Virus record (IMG/VR): IMGVR_UViG_3300024265_000058
Location: 1 to 56,182 of that record
Source: a virus
Taxonomy: Duplodnaviria > Caudoviricetes
Strand: one strand, 5' to 3'
Length of the DNA stretch: 56,182 nucleotides
Positions 55,314 to 56,182 of this stretch are shown here, one piece after another. The notes under the pieces were generated by a model, which worked only from the letters and a program-made list of their open reading frames with translations, was not told the DNA's origin and made no database searches. Within the stretch, counting starts at the first letter, position 1; every line of letters starts with the position of its first letter. The position numbers were made by a program, and so were the translations under genes.

Positions 55314-55591
55314 CAGGCGTGGCCCACATCTTCATCGAGCGGCTGCACGTAGCCGTAGACTGCGCCCCGCGCTACGTTCGGGCAGCTCTCCATCTGCTCG
55401 TCGGTCAGCTTCGACATTGAGTACCGCTGAAACAGGTCTTGCTTTGGATCATCCGGCTTGGCCTCGCGTACCTCCTCGCCATCGAACACGATGAATTCCG
55501 GCGGCGGCCAGTCAATGTCGATATCCTCTATCTGCATCCTGACCTTGCCGAAAAACATCGTATCGAGCTGGATGAAATCGTGCTCAGCCAC
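55313..55591 (-). CDS. Hypothetical protein
   Basis: GTG start overlaps the ERF stop; DWPPPE...S.LTDE...RGA.Y. Confidence 0.65.
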   Translation of the reverse strand: MAEHDFIQLDTMFFGKVRMQIEDIDIDWPPPEFIVFDGEEVREAKPDDPKQDLFQRYSMSKLTDEQMESCPNVARGAVYGYVQPLDEDVGHA

Positions 55592-56182
55592 CCTTGTCGT
55601 CGTCCGATCCGGGCTCGCGATCCTCGGCCTCTTGTCGTGACGCTGGTGGCAGGCCGTCCTGATCTGTCTCCTCGGGTGGCTTGGCCTTCGGCTTGGGCTT
55701 GGCCTTCGGCTTGGCAACCGGCGCCTTCTCTGCGTCGGCCGCCTTCTTGGCCTCACGGTCGGCAGTGTTCTGCATCCGGTTAAGCGCAGTCTTGAGCTGG
55801 TCGGCCGGCACATCAGCCAGATGCTTGACGTTGAATACCAGCGTCACCATCTGCTCGATTACAAAATCTGCTTTGTCCGCGAACAGCTCGTCGGCCTTCT
55901 GCAGAATCTCGTCAATGTCCCGCGGGCTCAGGCGGTCATACTCGTCCGGGCTCTTGACTGCGCTGGCGGCGTCGTCATCGTACTGGGCGACACCGAGCAT
56001 GGCTGACAGGCTGTACCGTCTCAGGTAGGTCATCACGGCGCCGATAGCCTGGGGCCCGCCCTTGTCCGGGCGCATCGACATGGTGCATGAGATCGACTGG
56101 CCTGATGAATGCCCGAGGATCGTTTCGAGATGGACCTCGCCCTCAATGATCGAGGGTATCTGGATCAGCGCCAGCTCATTCT
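55584..56182 (-). CDS. ERF-family ssDNA annealing protein, 3' part
   Basis: QAIGAVMTYLRRYSLSAMLGVAQYDDDA; in frame with 460-22 across the circular join. Confidence 0.9.
   Translation of the reverse strand, partial: NELALIQIPSIIEGEVHLETILGHSSGQSISCTMSMRPDKGGPQAIGAVMTYLRRYSLSAMLGVAQYDDDAASAVKSPDEYDRLSPRDIDEILQKADELFADKADFVIEQMVTLVFNVKHLADVPADQLKTALNRMQNTADREAKKAADAEKAPVAKPKAKPKPKAKPPEETDQDGLPPASRQEAEDREPGSDDDKGG
56057..56182. repeat. 126-bp direct terminal repeat, right copy
   Basis: Identical to 22-147. Confidence 0.95.

Noticed and set aside
1-56182. tRNA/rRNA genes, IS elements, and many antisense or alternate-frame ORFs
   Set aside because: No cloverleaf or transposase signature seen by eye (tRNAscan-SE would be decisive); shadow ORFs are expected at this GC content and overlap well-supported genes.

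Overview
The window looks like a complete, circularly permuted tailed-phage genome of about 56.0 kb and roughly 60% GC by eye. Positions 22-147 repeat exactly at 56057-56182, and the ERF gene reads through that junction. The virion module is podovirus-like (T7/BPP-1-style): terminases, head-tail connector, scaffold, capsid, tail tubular A/B, ejection proteins, a 3045-aa polyvalent protein, three fibre genes and an expanded lysis cassette. A leftward recombination operon (DUF1351-like, ERF, YqaJ) diverges from a rightward DNA-metabolism operon (RHH regulator, ParB-like, SF2 helicase, two nucleases). I recognised no DNA polymerase, primase, RNA polymerase, integrase, tRNA or CRISPR array. The most unusual part is a 6.3-kb leftward accessory operon (8164-14483). 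Four of its gene junctions carry a ~60-nt structured element with compensatory base changes and two mutually exclusive folds, placed between a stop codon and the next Shine-Dalgarno. The operon also encodes a C5-methyltransferase-like protein and a PAPS-reductase-like protein, both ending in beta-clamp-like motifs. Other notable signals are a copy of the capsid N-terminus on a small basic ORF, an apparently split ejection-protein gene, and repeated xxQ linkers plus a HExxH peptidase in the giant protein. All family calls come from motif recognition by eye, not database searches.
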